Source: Tubiluchus corallicola (Eukaryota > Animalia > Priapulida). Taken from it: a stretch of DNA of 64,000 nt. The notes below the pieces were generated by a model, which was not told where the DNA came from, searched no databases, and saw only the letters and a list, made by a program, of their open reading frames with translations. Shown piece by piece: positions 1 through 14,600 of this stretch; the first letter of the stretch is position 1, and each line of letters begins with the position of its first letter. Position numbers and translations under genes: made by a program. The stretch lies in the NCBI GenBank assembly GCA_030141605.1, contig JAQGDQ010000075.1, forward strand, positions 558,001 through 622,000, read 5' to 3'.

Positions 1-300
1 GTATGTTGGCACCTCTTGCCTCTCTTAGCCTGAGCCTATGGATTAGAGTTCTGTGGCAGACTGTAAGCTACCCACCGTTTCTGGCTTTATTTTTCTGCTA
101 TTAATTCTGATATCAATTTACATCATGATCTAATATTACACTATTTCATGAGTTTTGCACTGATCTAGACTCTAAGGTCGAACAGAAAGTCTGGCATATC
201 AAAGACACTGAACCGGTGCGTATTGCTGAGTTTTGACAGTAGTGCCACTGGGTCGGTGTGCCGACTGCAAAATTTTACCAGAAGATAAATCAGTAGCTAC

Positions 301-3300
301 CATAAAGATAACTGGTCGAAGGGCCGTACAGTCGCCGTGACGCTTTCATCAGCTCCAAGGTAATGGACCTGTCCTCCCACAGTTTATCATTCTGTGTGAC
401 GATGCGGTTACTGGGTATCTTGCCCAAGTTGCAGCTAGACCACTGATTATATTCAGCAAACGCTGTTCCAGTTCTAAAATGATCATGAAAGTTAATTTAG
501 ATAACCTGGCAACTAGATTACATTAGTTTTGTAGGATATCGACGTTATTATGGACCAACATGATAAATTTAGACGTGCACAGTCTCTGCGTTTATTGTTT
601 CACTGCTTGGTCCACTGTCCGTTTATTCTCTTTCACAAATTGATCAACTGCAATACAGTTCTGTATGAATTTCTGTATGAAAACAAACAGTTTATTTACT
701 AACTTAAATGTTTAAGTTTCGTAATATTGATGGGAAATCATCAGACGTTATTATGAAGAATGGTTAGTAATTAAATATATGCAGTGTCAGATGGCTAAAA
801 AAATCTGTGCTTTTATCTTCTTACGGACAAAGTAGCTCAAATTCGCTTGGCATCAAATTCCACGCCCAGTCGTCCTCGTTTTCTCGATTGGTGTTTTCCT
901 CTATTGTGGTGTGTTTGATGAAAGCCACATCACATTGTTGCTCTACCAATCCCCTGTCAAATATGTATGATATGCTTTATGTGACACCTATTATACGCAT
1001 AGTTGGAAGAAGTGTTACATTTTTATCATACCTAACTCTGACTTCTACATTAATTTTCAACACGGACTTACTTCATAGAATTTTTTCACTCCATTATGGA
1101 GTTTACTTTCAATGAAAATTAAATGACAGTAACAATGTGTTGCTTTTCAATCAGAATCTTCTTCAGCGGATTCAGACTCTGAGCTAAAAGTTTTTTCATC
1201 AACCGGCTTGCCATTGAACTCTTCTTGATATTTTGCTATGATTTCGTGCATCACTGGGTAGTTGAGTTGTATTTCATTTGCCTTCCACATCCAGTGCCAC
1301 TGTGCCAGGCCAGTGCGCATCATTGCCTTCCTGGCAACAGTCATGCCATGTTCATCCTGCTAAGGCTTTACTTCATGTACAGAGTCGGCAGGCAGATTAC
1401 ATAATCCTTTGTGCTCAAGATCTGCGCTGCGCATTGCAACACAGACTATTTATATATCAGAAAAAGAGACGAAAAGTGCACTTTAAAATGAGTTTGTGTG
1501 AGACAATTTTTCCACACAGACCAATTAATTGCACAGACTAGTTACACCAAACACTGTAGTGAGTTTCTTGGCGTGGATTCATTTCGGTAGTACAGGACGG
1601 ATGCTGGCCGAGACTGAAATCATTGGATTTGCACGTACATTAGATGCAACATTGGGAAACAAACTGTGCCGTTCAGCTTCTCCATGCTGAGTAATGGGTT
1701 GTTCAAACTTACTACTACGGGTTGGGAACATCAACAGATTGCAAACGAAGTCAGCATATTATGTTCTTGTACGTATAAACAACATCTGCCTTTCTGGCAA
1801 TACTATCATTTTGGGGAAAAAGTGAATTATAACACGCATCAAAGAAGCATCATTGACTCCGTCGTAAATTAGTGACTCGCGTTTGTTGATTTAGATGTAA
1901 AAAGTTATTCTGTAACTGAGTTGAAGTTGCTCAAAGCTAGGTTATATTAAACGCAACCCAAATGATTGTAGTATGTGCGTGGAATTCAAAGGCACCAAAC
2001 TGTCTAGCTCGTCCAGATAATATAAAACTTTACTTAAAATAAGTGTTCCACAATAAATGTTTAAAATAATTCTTCTTGCTGTAAAGTATATAGTTATATT
2101 AATAGGTAAACATTGTGGGTGCTTTGCCTGACAACATGAAACCATGGAAACAGAAAAGTTTTTAATTTAAGTCCTTCTCAATTAGTACCTTAATGCACCA
2201 GACCACCCAAACAAGCGCTCATCATGACCCATCGTGCATCCATCCATGCAAGCTGTGCACATGTTTGAAATGCCTGCCGTACTGGCTCCAGGAGCACAAC
2301 CAGAGTTAAAGAAATCTTTAAGTCTCTGATCTACTTGACATTGATGCATTGTAAACATTCCGGCTACTCTCAAAGCTCTGGCTGGAAGTAGCCAGCCAGT
2401 TGCGGTTCCATAAGCTCCATGGCAAGACTTTCTTCCTAAATAAATCAGTCAGGGCGAATTATTCAAATTAGTTGTATGTTTGGGTTCATCTGAAATTATA
2501 TACTAATTTGCATGTCAAACAAACCACGATAGATCCTAAAATTTAATTAATTGAACTAGGCCATTATGCAGGGCCTACTTGATAATATTATTTATTTTTT
2601 CTACACAAATTACAGCGCCGTTAATTATAAATTGTACTCTATGGCGCCTAACAACGGAATCAATATTTGGGATCACAATAAAACGCAGTGAATTTAAACT
2701 AGAAACTAGAACACTTAAAATGCTTCCATGTGTGACCTTGGCTTTATAATGTTAAAGATTGCCTTTTGTTGAGCATTTGCCTTTAATAGTTTTGAAAGGT
2801 CACTGGGTACAAACTTGACTTTTTATGCTTTCAGTTTATACCCGTCAAAAATGTAGTTTAAACTCGATAATCGCGTATTCCGCCTGTAGTTAAGTTCTGC
2901 GTACAAGTAAGATGCCGTTACTTACTCCAAAGCTATCCCTTCTGAAATTGTGTTTGTAAAATGAGATGTCATCTGTAAATTATTTAATAGATGCTAATAG
3001 CTGCAGTTAAGTTAAACTAAATGGAATTCGGCTCCAGTTGGATGGCTTTTCGGCAATTCTCTTTTTACACAATTTGTGTTTTTCTAATTTGGTTCTTCAA
3101 ATAATAAAAGGTGAATATGGTTAGGCCTATTTAAATGCACGTTGAAATAAACAGAATAAAAATTAAAAATGATTTTTGAGCAGGTGTTAATTTGAATTAT
3201 TCGCCTTTAACAGTGCTATTGAAAGTAGCACAAAAGTATATTTAAAGATTACCTCTAAGGTCGCGGAAATTGAATCTTGGGTTTCTATTCTTTCTCGCCA

Positions 3301-6300
3301 CAGCAACAGAGTAAAAGAAGTCCTCTTGATTCTGTTTAATTTCTTTCAGGACCGGACGTGCTTCATAATGCCTGTTGCATAAGAATGTCATTGTACCTTA
3401 CAGCATGATAACGTATAAGTACACAAATATATAATGGGACGAGTTGACCAATTTTAACCTAATTGTCAATTTAATAGTAATCGCTACAATTAAACTCTTA
3501 TTAACTCTTAAGCAATTAAACACAAGAAATTAGTTCGTGAAGCGGATTAGGATCAAGGTTAGGATCAGGATTAAGATTAGGGTTAGGAATGGGTTAGGGT
3601 TAGGGTTAGGACTAGGTTAGGGTTAGGGTATTTAAATTATATGGGGAATTGTAAACTCCTTTCGAAATAAGGATGCCAAAGACACAATAAACGTATTCTG
3701 AACGTTTCGGCAGTTATAGGACTAAAATGTACAAACAGAAAGCGTTCAAAATAAATTTCATGGCTATGTTTGTAGTGTCGCTCTTGTCATTATTCGCTTA
3801 ATTTTTCAATTGTAAACTCCTGGGCACTATTGCATTTTTCTATCGACAATCAGTCATTGGCCTGATCGTGGACCTATTCTTTTGTAACTAGTCAACAAAC
3901 AATTTCGAGGTTTTTTGTGACTAGTCAACAAGGTTTTGTCTTTACTTTGGTCGTCCTTCTGAATGGTGCTTTTATTCCATATTCGACAGGCGCGCTGGAT
4001 AATTACATTACTTATATATTAGAAAGTTTTCACTTTCTAAGTTTGAGAACTTGAACCATTGAGCTTGACGAGCGCAGTTTGAATGGTTGACACAAAAAAT
4101 TATGCATATTGAAGATAACAACGTATCAAATGTTTGAAGAATATTTGGAGATTTTTCAAACCTGACGTCTTGCAGACGATGCAACGAAATGCAATAAAAC
4201 TAATGTCAAATTTTAATACGAAAAGTAGTAGAAACTAAGTTTACTTGTTAGAGAATGTACACCGTAATCTTTAAAGCACCTACCTGCCGGCTTGATAAGC
4301 CCAGCCTGCTTCTAGGTTAGCATAATCAACACCACCGCTTCGGATTTGATCTAGACATTGTGCATAAGTAGTCTGCCGAACGCACTTCAACCTCGGCATA
4401 ACTCTAGCAACATTTAATGCATCTCGCAGGTCTTCACACTGAATAAATTCTTCTTTCGAGTCAGACACGCAAAAACTAACCTCATTCGCGTCTTTACTGC
4501 CTTCACAATAGGATCTCTTCATAGTTTCAATAAAGTAACCTTTATCGTCTGAAATTGGTTTTATTGACATGATATGACCATATAACAAACCTATTAGTAA
4601 TCTTATTAATGACCAGATCATCAGTATGGTTACAGCAGATAGGAAAATTAGGAGTAAAACTTTATCTATACGTTAAATATTGAAGCAGTACTTAATGATC
4701 AATGTGATTTATGAACACACAAAAAGTGTTTTTGAATATTTTTTCTATACTTGCAGGTTGTAATTGTCCCATGTGATACGTCAACTTTAAATGACAACTA
4801 TACAACATGCAAGTAGAAATGAAACTTTCACAAAGACAATGTTCAAGAACATATTTTAGTACATGTTCAACAAATATAAATTTAACTAAAATGTAATTAA
4901 TACAGTCGTTGTAAGCATGCATGCTCTTGACTGTTTACTGCCAGTTGTAAACTTAAAACTTTTGTTTAATTCAATATCCGTTACTACAAATTTACAATAA
5001 TCTGGCCAATGCCTAAAATTTGTTGGCATAAAATACTGCGATTTTTGTTCAGACACCAAATTCTAAGGCCATACTGCCCAGACTAAGTTTGATGCATGTC
5101 CTGAAAAGATCTAATTAATACTGTTATTAATTAAAGCCCTTAGCTTAGTTATTCAAACTTACCTCCCAAGTAATCCGCAATTTCTGTGTAAAATTGATCT
5201 GACTGATCCTGTTTCACTAATTCCAGCTTGTCTGGGTATGTTGAAGGATTGTCTGGATCGCTAGATACCAGTATCGTTTTCATGTAATTTGGATTGTTGA
5301 ACTAAAGTGATAAATTAAACCAACAATAAGAGGTCGAGCAGAAAACCATAATCGTTTTCTTTATATATTTCTATAAGAGATAACGTGTGTTCCAATCATA
5401 GTGCTTGGCATGTCCAACACTATACTGAAGACTGTTGAGACAATGCAGTTATTACAATTTTAGTTCATTCCTATCATCTGCCCACTTCCAACCATTGATT
5501 TCTCTTGGAGGTGCTGAGACAATAACTTTCTTAAGATTCTTTTTCACAGTGACTTAGTAATTTAGCATCTTGAAGTGCAAATGCACGCACAAAGCATTAT
5601 TATTAAGTAGGTAGTTGAAAACATACACACATGACAGAATAAGATTATTTTTGTCTAATAATACGATTTCAAACAATCGTTACTATCTAAGAAAATGAGG
5701 CGTCACATATGGTCACCGCTGCTAAAACGGTGGGTATACTTAATGCTGAATATGTTAATAAAGAGGCATTTTGGTCGTGATTTAGTGATGAATTACCAAA
5801 AAGAAGTGTTGTAAGTTTAGACTGAGTATTAAGACTATTTATATCTAATGGAAATACATCTTCTTGATATAATTGCAACAATCTTCTTTCAAGATACACT
5901 CTACTTATGCTATACAAAAGGCAATCAAGCATGGAGCAACAATGTTGCCGTATCATCCATGCTTCCGTGACTGTTAAGATCGCCTTTCAGTTGCGAAAAG
6001 CCTACTCTTAATCTTATACTACAGCATTTGGATAAAAGCCATAGACATAGAATATTGGAAGGCACAAAAAGTTTAGATGCCGTTTACATTTTTTTGCAAA
6101 AACTGTTGATACATGGGGCTGCTGTAATGCTATCGGGTAAATTGTTCCATTCAGTCACAGATATAGGGAAGAAAGACTATTTAAAATAGTTACAAAGAGT
6201 TTGATATAATGAAAAGTCATCTTGACTACGTACTGAATTATTAGATCTATCCCAGTTGACAGGTGGTAATAATTCAAACAAGTATGATCAAGATCAGCAG

Positions 6301-9300
6301 TTTGCAATTTGATAAAACATTTTAGTTCTACGAAACATGCGTCTTTTATACAAATAATCAAATGCAGTGTTAAACAACAAGTTTTAGGTACTACTACCTT
6401 TCATTGCCTTATAGCAAATAATAGTAGCTCTTTTTTGAGTTTTTTCCAATAAATTTGCATTATATTACACCAGACAGCGTACTCCAAAACTAGTCTCACT
6501 ATAAATCAATATAGATGTTCTAATGTACATCTTGGTAAAGTATAGGATATTTTATGAAGCAAGTCAATGCAAGAATTAGGTATTTTCCACAATATGATTT
6601 ACATGAGCATGCCATTTGAGATTAGATTGAAAGTAAACACCCAAGTATTTTTGACATGTTACTGTGGATAATTCAGTATTGTTTGGGTGTGCGTGTCGTC
6701 TCAAAACGAAAATTCGACATCCAACATTGACTTCATATTTATCTTCGTTTAATCTGTGAAATTAAGTTACAAACAAAATTTCAGGGCTTTTGCAAATTAA
6801 TAATGACACTGTCACTCCTACGAAATTTGCCCAATATATAACAAAACAGTCACAATTCTTTATATAGACTCTAAAATGACTTTAAACAGACTAATTTGTT
6901 TACTAACAAATCATTATACATACATCTTTGTCATCATCTTTGCCAATTTTCTACAACAGAATTATGGCACAAAAATAATGCTTGTCGTCTACAACAAGAA
7001 AACCTGTGCTTCGAGGTCGGACCGCCTTGACTCTATCTATCTAGGTCAACAGGTCCAAGCTAACAGGTAAACTGGTTTCACAGGTAAAATCAGGGACGCA
7101 AAGAACATCAGGTATAAATAAGGTGGTTCCAGTTTACGGCTGAATAACACGACTTCAGTTTTATTAGGGTTAAAGGTCATATTCCAAGTTTTTGCCCATT
7201 GCAGTATTTTTTGTCGGTCAGAATTAATTTCTCTAGCCCTTGCATTTTCTAGCAACTTCCATTAATGAAGTGTCATCAGCAAAAAGTTTTAAATCACAAT
7301 CAGTATTTCTGACTATAGTCATCTATAAACACTAAGAATGGGATTGGACCTAAAATATAGATCCCAGGGACCCCACATTAATACTTTTTAGACTTGAAAA
7401 TCTACCATTAATAACCACTCGTATGTTATTTGTATTCGACAGCTGATTTAGAATGGAGATAGTACAAAATAGACTAATTGCTGAATTGTTACTTTTCTAT
7501 ACAAAGTTTGCGACCGCTTGGCTCTAGGTTAATATAAGGTTTAATTTCAACAATGCAATGCGTCATGCTAACATGTGAATTTTTCGGACGCAACAAGACA
7601 CGGCGTAAATCTTTTCTAAATTCATCATTTACAATATTAAAGCATTTGTCAGATAAGTTAAAGCCAAGCAACCGTAAAATGAGCAGCAAAATGGTTGAAT
7701 TAATTTCAATAAACCACGCCTATCAATTATCTTAAAAAGCAAAGCATAAAATTAAGACTAGCTATGAAATGATTAGGACATCATAATGCATCATGAATTG
7801 GGTTTAAAGATAGTTTGTGAGTCGTGACCTAAACGACACACTTCATTATACCACTTGAGCGCTTTTCCGTTAATTACAAATTTGGGCGTCTGTTCAGTCT
7901 CACTGCAAAAGGCTAGAATTCGTTAATAACAGGGGAATTTATGGATTGTCCAACCACGAATTTAAGTACTCATAGAGGTTGAAGTTCTTAATAACAAGAA
8001 CAACAGCATCAGTTTGATGTGTGCAATGAAAAACGCCTATTTTTTAAAATAGATATATATTTGTTATGTTTTGGGTTATTTTTCAAACGTGGTATTCATG
8101 TCAAGAACTAGCTAATACTAATGCGTTGTACACCTACCTTCTCATAATCATAAAGTTCTTTAATACCAGATCCCATTTTGTTCTTGTCTTGGTTTGACAC
8201 ACCCTTCCTTGTCATAAGAAAGTAAGTTGGGCGATAACCCCAGTTACATTCATTCCAATCGCCTACCTAAAAGGTGCACAATAGCTAAATCACAATAGAA
8301 CTGGAGACTTGCAATTTCATTGCGCACTGTTAAACAGTGCCTATAATTACAGTATAACTAATTCACGTTAAATTTTCGCTTGGTATGTTAACTGCATAAT
8401 CCATGTGCTATCATTTGTAAGCGGTCTTGTAGGCTGACCACAAGGCCGAAGGATACACAGGACAACATGCGTGGTATAAAACCTGTATAATCACGAAGAA
8501 ACAGTCTATGAGGCTTTTACCCAACATTTTTGATTCACAGTTTAGCAACTGAACATTGTACTGGAAATTAGCAAATAAATAAAAATGTTTTAGACTACAT
8601 TTCACCAACAGCATCTGGCTGCAATTGTACAACTGCTAAGCTGCTCCGGTATTTTACTGTCACAATTAACTAATCAACTGTTAGCTGTTATACAATTCTT
8701 CAGACAAATCCTGCAATAGAAGTGTTGCATCACTATTATACTACAAAATTGTAATAACATGTAGTTATCTTGCATTTTAGCCAGCATCAGAAGTGTAGCA
8801 TTTTTTACAATTTTGGATTCCCTCAGCATTGAGTCTTGCTGATTTGCTGTTTTGTTTACCAAGTTTTTTTTCTGTTAAGGTATCTTAACAAGACCAGCTG
8901 AAGCAAGTCAGAGAGGAAATACCTGAGATTTTACTTAGAATAATGAATCGACCATTATCCAAAGGTGTTTTCTTTGATGATCTTAAAATAGCACAAACAA
9001 GTTATTTATACAAAATAGGTTATAACTAAGCATTAAATAACTACCACTCAATTTTGCTAATATCTTCTTATTCTAAAATATTTGAACAGATTATCTACAA
9101 GCAATTGTACATTTCAGTATGATTATTTTTCGGAAAACAAAATTGTTCCTCCAAGCGAGTATGGTATTCACCGTGGTCACTTCCGCGAACTTACTGCATC
9201 TGAACTGCCTTGATTGCATGATAAACGAGTTCGATCACATAATGAGAAATCTATTGCAGTGTTTATGGACCTCAGTAATGCCTTTCACACTTCTGCATAA

Positions 9301-11620
9301 TCTTAAATATTACGACCTGTCTAACAATTCACTGTCACTTCTATCTCGTTATTAGAAAACAAAACGTATTTTTCAAACGGTAAAAATCCAAATTGAGCAT
9401 GCTTTCTACACAGGAGTGCTCCGTGGTTCAATTCTTGGACCTCTTTTGTGTCTAATTTTCGTCAATGACATAACTTATTAGGAAACCCTTTCGCTCTATA
9501 ATGTACGCAGCTGATACCATTTGCACTGGAAACGTATCACACTTTAGTTCACACTCTACCATAGTATCACATCGTGTTAATATTGAGATCGAACAAATTA
9601 GCAGTTAACTCAAGTACTTTTAAACTCTTAAAATTAGTTAATTTATTTACATACAAAAATTGAGGCTGTAAGGCAGAATTCCCTACAACTTCTTTACTTA
9701 AGCTACCCATAAGGAGAGGAACTGATTTTCCTGGACACTTTATAAAATTCAGAGGACACATACAACCGCCAAATTTAAATTTAATATTCTATTCAACGCC
9801 ACGTGACGTGATGGGCCTTCACACCCACATACAAGGCCTCCAACAACTGCCGTAAATTACATTTTTAAGTACATATTCTTCAGTTCTTCCAATCACCAGT
9901 TATTGCTGTGTATATGAACTTTGCCGCTAAACTACATTATCGTAAAGCTTAAAGTCGCCTAATTTATTAAAAAACAATTACCATTTCGACAAATACTCTC
10001 ATCTTGACAGACTAAATATCTTCACCCATTCCTCCCCTTTTCCGCCCTCATCATCTACCATATCCGTCGATCAAACATCCCATTAATGTATTTGTACGGC
10101 CCGCACTTCTTGCGGCGTTTAGCTTGTGTGGGTTTCTCACACATACGTACTAATATTATCATATAAATTTGTTTGTTATGCATCACGATTATACATGAAA
10201 AAATAAAAATGAATAATACAAAAAATGCTTACTGGTTTGGATGTCGAACCATCATAAAGCTGATCAGGACATATAAGTTGGTAATTTGATTTTTGATCGC
10301 CGCCTGATATATCATCTAATAGGTCTATGGAAGTGTGCCTAGTGAAAGCAACATCATTTGCGTTTCTCAGGCAAGTCACAACGCCATCATAGCCAGCATG
10401 GTTGTCATTCTCGTTGCAGTTTTGCGCAGATGCACACAGCGAACACAGGTTGGTGTAATTTCTTTCTGTTAAATATAATTAAGAGATTTCTTTAAATATA
10501 TGTACATCAGTTCTAGTCTTGAGCAACTAAAATAGCGGTTGGTCTACTGTGCCACTGCAAGCAGTGCCGATGAAGTGTTTGACACATACTTACTTTTATC
10601 CAAATCCTCAGTCCAAGTGCCAGGTGCGCATGATTGGGAGAAATAATCATCTGCATTTTTCAAATCATCATTACATTTCGCTACATTCATATTTCCCTTC
10701 TTCATCTATAATAAAACATCAAATATGGACATACGATTGCAGAACAGCTAAAGCTAAAGGCTCACTCATATGTATCTGAGTAGATAATATAGACAACAGC
10801 AGCAGCAGCGGCACTGAATGGGATCTTCAAGCTAGTAAATGTCTATGTATGCCTAGCATTTTGCCTTCATTTGCTGGATATGCGATTAATTGACTTCATA
10901 TAATAATGCAATAATGTAAACAGGCAACAATTACATGTGTTACCGGGCTTTACGTATCATCTTTTATTTCACGACCACGTGCAACACTAATCAGAAAAAA
11001 TATGTAGTGTGTTTGTACTTTTGAACACAAATATATAGTCATTAAAGTTTTTATTTTGACTCTAATGTATAATATAGTTATGGAGTTGTAACTTTCGGTT
11101 CGTCATTGCATTTCATACCTTTTTTGCAACTGGTAGGCCACAAGCTATAGAACAAGCCTACATGTAGCCAATTACTTTGAAGGATATTAACAGCTAGTCC
11201 TATTATTTTCCTTATTTTTTAAAACACCCACGCTGATCGACTTTTTTTATTTATTACACTCGCTAATACAATTTTGAACCCCTCGAAGTATGGTGCCAAA
11301 GTACTCAGACCTACACGCCTCATTGTTGTTGTTGTTGTAAACACAATCAAAAATTTCTTTACGTCCCATCTTGTTGAACGTACTATACGGATGGGTTATA
11401 ATAAAAGTTTACCACTACACTCTAAAATGCTCATAAGTTAGGTTTGACAATGTATGGAATTTAAATTCTCAAACACGGCCAACAAGCGAACGAACTATTT
11501 TATCGCACAAATTTGCAAGCACACTAAAACATGACTTGTTTCACACATTCCTTAAAATGCCTATGAAAAAAATGTATCCAAAATATAATAACTACACACA
11601 TTGGCTAAATATACCTTTGC

Positions 11621-11670
<50 letters not shown>

Positions 11671-14600
11671 CTATATAAATTATATATAAATGATAATGCC
11701 TAGGAAGTGTAGAAGAACTTATTTTAGACACTTTTTACCTGGTTTGTTTTGATACTATATAAAATGCCTAGGCATTCGGTGACTGTTTACTCTTTGCCCG
11801 TAACATACAGGCCGTATTTACCAATAGGCTAAGTAGGCCATTGGCCCTTGACCAATGGGGTATTTGGGGCCACTGAAACTAATTTGTCGCGCAGTGTGCT
11901 AGCGTTTAAGCTTGCTACAAGTGTACGTCGGGTATTTCATTATATAATACCCCTATATATAAATGCCCATGAAAATCCCTGTAATATAACTATAGGGTCC
12001 GAAGTAAGGGCCCCGGTACAATAAATGTAAGGCCACAGTGGTCTTCAACTGTGGGCAATGGAATAGTACATAGGTGGACCATGGATATAGGCCCTACTGA
12101 AAAATGAAAAAAATAAGATAAAATAAGATAACGAAAAATACATGTGGTGATTCTCTGAAATTATGCTGTTGGTAAGTCCGTCAATGTACTAAAAATCAGA
12201 TCTAATATACGTAATCTGTGGAGCACAACATTGTGACAAAAAGAGATTACCGGACATTTTGCTGTACTTCATGAGCAATCAAAATTGACTATGTTTCAAG
12301 TTATTTCCATTTATTATTCATTATAAAAATATCAATTATTTCCATAGTATGATGCAAAACTAATTTAAATAAAAGTAATGATGTTTTACAATTTACATTG
12401 TGTCAAAATTCATATTTCTTGCATTATAATATTATGATATTATGTAGTATTTTTTAATATTTGGCCATTGCAAAGAAATTACAGTAAAATGTTTTATACA
12501 TATTGAATACTGAATTGAACTGAAGCATGTCAACATTTCTATAAATTTGGGGGCCCACTTATGAGTTTGACCTAAGGCCCAGAAGTAGGTAAATCCAGCC
12601 CTGGTAACACATACAAACGTACATACCATAAGGGAGTTTTGTATCTTGGCTTAGTGAAGATTAAGTATAAAAAGACTGAATAAATTCAGATTCAAAACCG
12701 AGAGCATGACTGTGGAAAGCAAGCAAAGCAAATTTATTATTTAACTATGCCTGGTCCAATGTGATTTACTCAGCAGTTTGACTAAGTGTGACTAAGCAGT
12801 TTGCCCTAATATTCACATTTTGGCTTCTATCTGGGACCCTTAGATGATTCCAGCTTTTTTGACCAACCTGATTTTTATCCTAAGTGTCTGCACTGCAACT
12901 TTTTTGTCTCTGGGTGCTACAGTTTAAGAGTTGTTAAAAGGTGAATGTTATGACTCGATGCTTAGAGCAGTGAAGTGACGAATGAAAGTACACAATGAAG
13001 TCAGCGTAATGGGTTGTCTTAGAATCTGCTGCTCGCACATTAAAAACTACATATTGATACCATTAATTTTCAACTTACTAATGTTACTAAAGGCAGATGC
13101 CAGCCGTCGTATTTATCATGTCCAGTATGACAGGTTTTTTTATCTCTCAGGTCGTCAATGCTGTTTATGTTAGACGTCTTCCTAGCAATTACCACAACAT
13201 AGTACATACGTGCTTCTGCAAAACAAGCATGCAGGCATATGCGTCATTTACACAGTAACAATAATGATTGAGTAGTGCTGATAGATATCTAATTTAGGTC
13301 TGATGGGAAAAGTTTTTGCATTTTTGTTAAAATAGCCTGAGTCTGTTAGATGCACATTGTCTTAAGTCTGATAAACACACGACACAATGGTGATCTTTAG
13401 GAAAATCTAGAACTTTTTTGAAGTATAAAACCTGTATTTTTTTCTTTTCTTATTTTTTTGTAAATTTGTTTTTGCAAAGCTTACAAAAAGAAAACTGGGC
13501 AAAAATCATATGGCTAAATAACGTGTCGAATAAGTCGACGGTGTTGTTGTACCTGTCCCGAATACTTCTCTAGTCACTGGCTCCATTTCGTGCATTTCCG
13601 CTGCAATGTAAGCTTCTTCTGGTGAAACAAGCATAATATCTGCTTTGTCCTCCTCAATAGCTCTCATGCAATCATATTGATGTTGTCTCAGTACACAATC
13701 AATATCCAGCAGAATACCGTGCTTTTCTGTATCATCTTCCATTTCTAGACAGTAGTCTAAATACTGTTGGCTTGTAACACACCATCTCGCTGAAACATAA
13801 TAACAAACAAAATGATAATAATGATAATGATAATGATAATCATATTCATAATATAATATAATAATGATGATTATATGATGAAAGTATGCTTCTGAGCCTT
13901 CTTAGTAAATACCATCTTTATGTATGATTATGTCTATATATCTATTACACAATTCAGAAAATTTGCTTATAGTTATTTTTGGTACGGGAAATGTGGTACC
14001 GGTACGTACAGTACGAGCGAAGTTTTGTCAAATATATTTCGTACAAGTAAATGTGGTACAAGGTAAAAATTGTATTGAAAAGGGTATGACACTAGGCAAG
14101 GCTGGATAACCATATAGGCTAGTATAGGCTGCAGCCTAGGATCTCTCAAGCTTGGGGGCCCATTCTTTGCATTGCTGAGTAATTCATATAACTTAAAATA
14201 AAATTTCAACTTTAAAAAAGGAAGCCAGGAAGTCTGAAAATCTAATTTTAAAGTGGCTCCTCATTTGAGATTAACAACACCTTTATTTGAGATAGGAGCC
14301 CCTATTTGAAGCCCTTCATTTGAAATATAAGCCCCCAGCTATGCAAATGTTGCTGAAATATTTCACAAGTAAAAAATATTTGAAACGAGTGCCAGCAATT
14401 TAAAGAGTAACTCCGTCTGACGGGCGGCATAATTTTATTAGTCTAGGGTCCCAAAAAGGCATAACCTGGCCCTTATGCTAGAAAGGTATAGTACCGGAAA
14501 GTTTGACACTAGAAAGATTTGGTATAAAGAAAGTTTGGTACAATGAAAATATTTGTTTTTGTTCGTTTGTTTGTTTGTTTGTTTGTTTGTTTGTTTGTTT

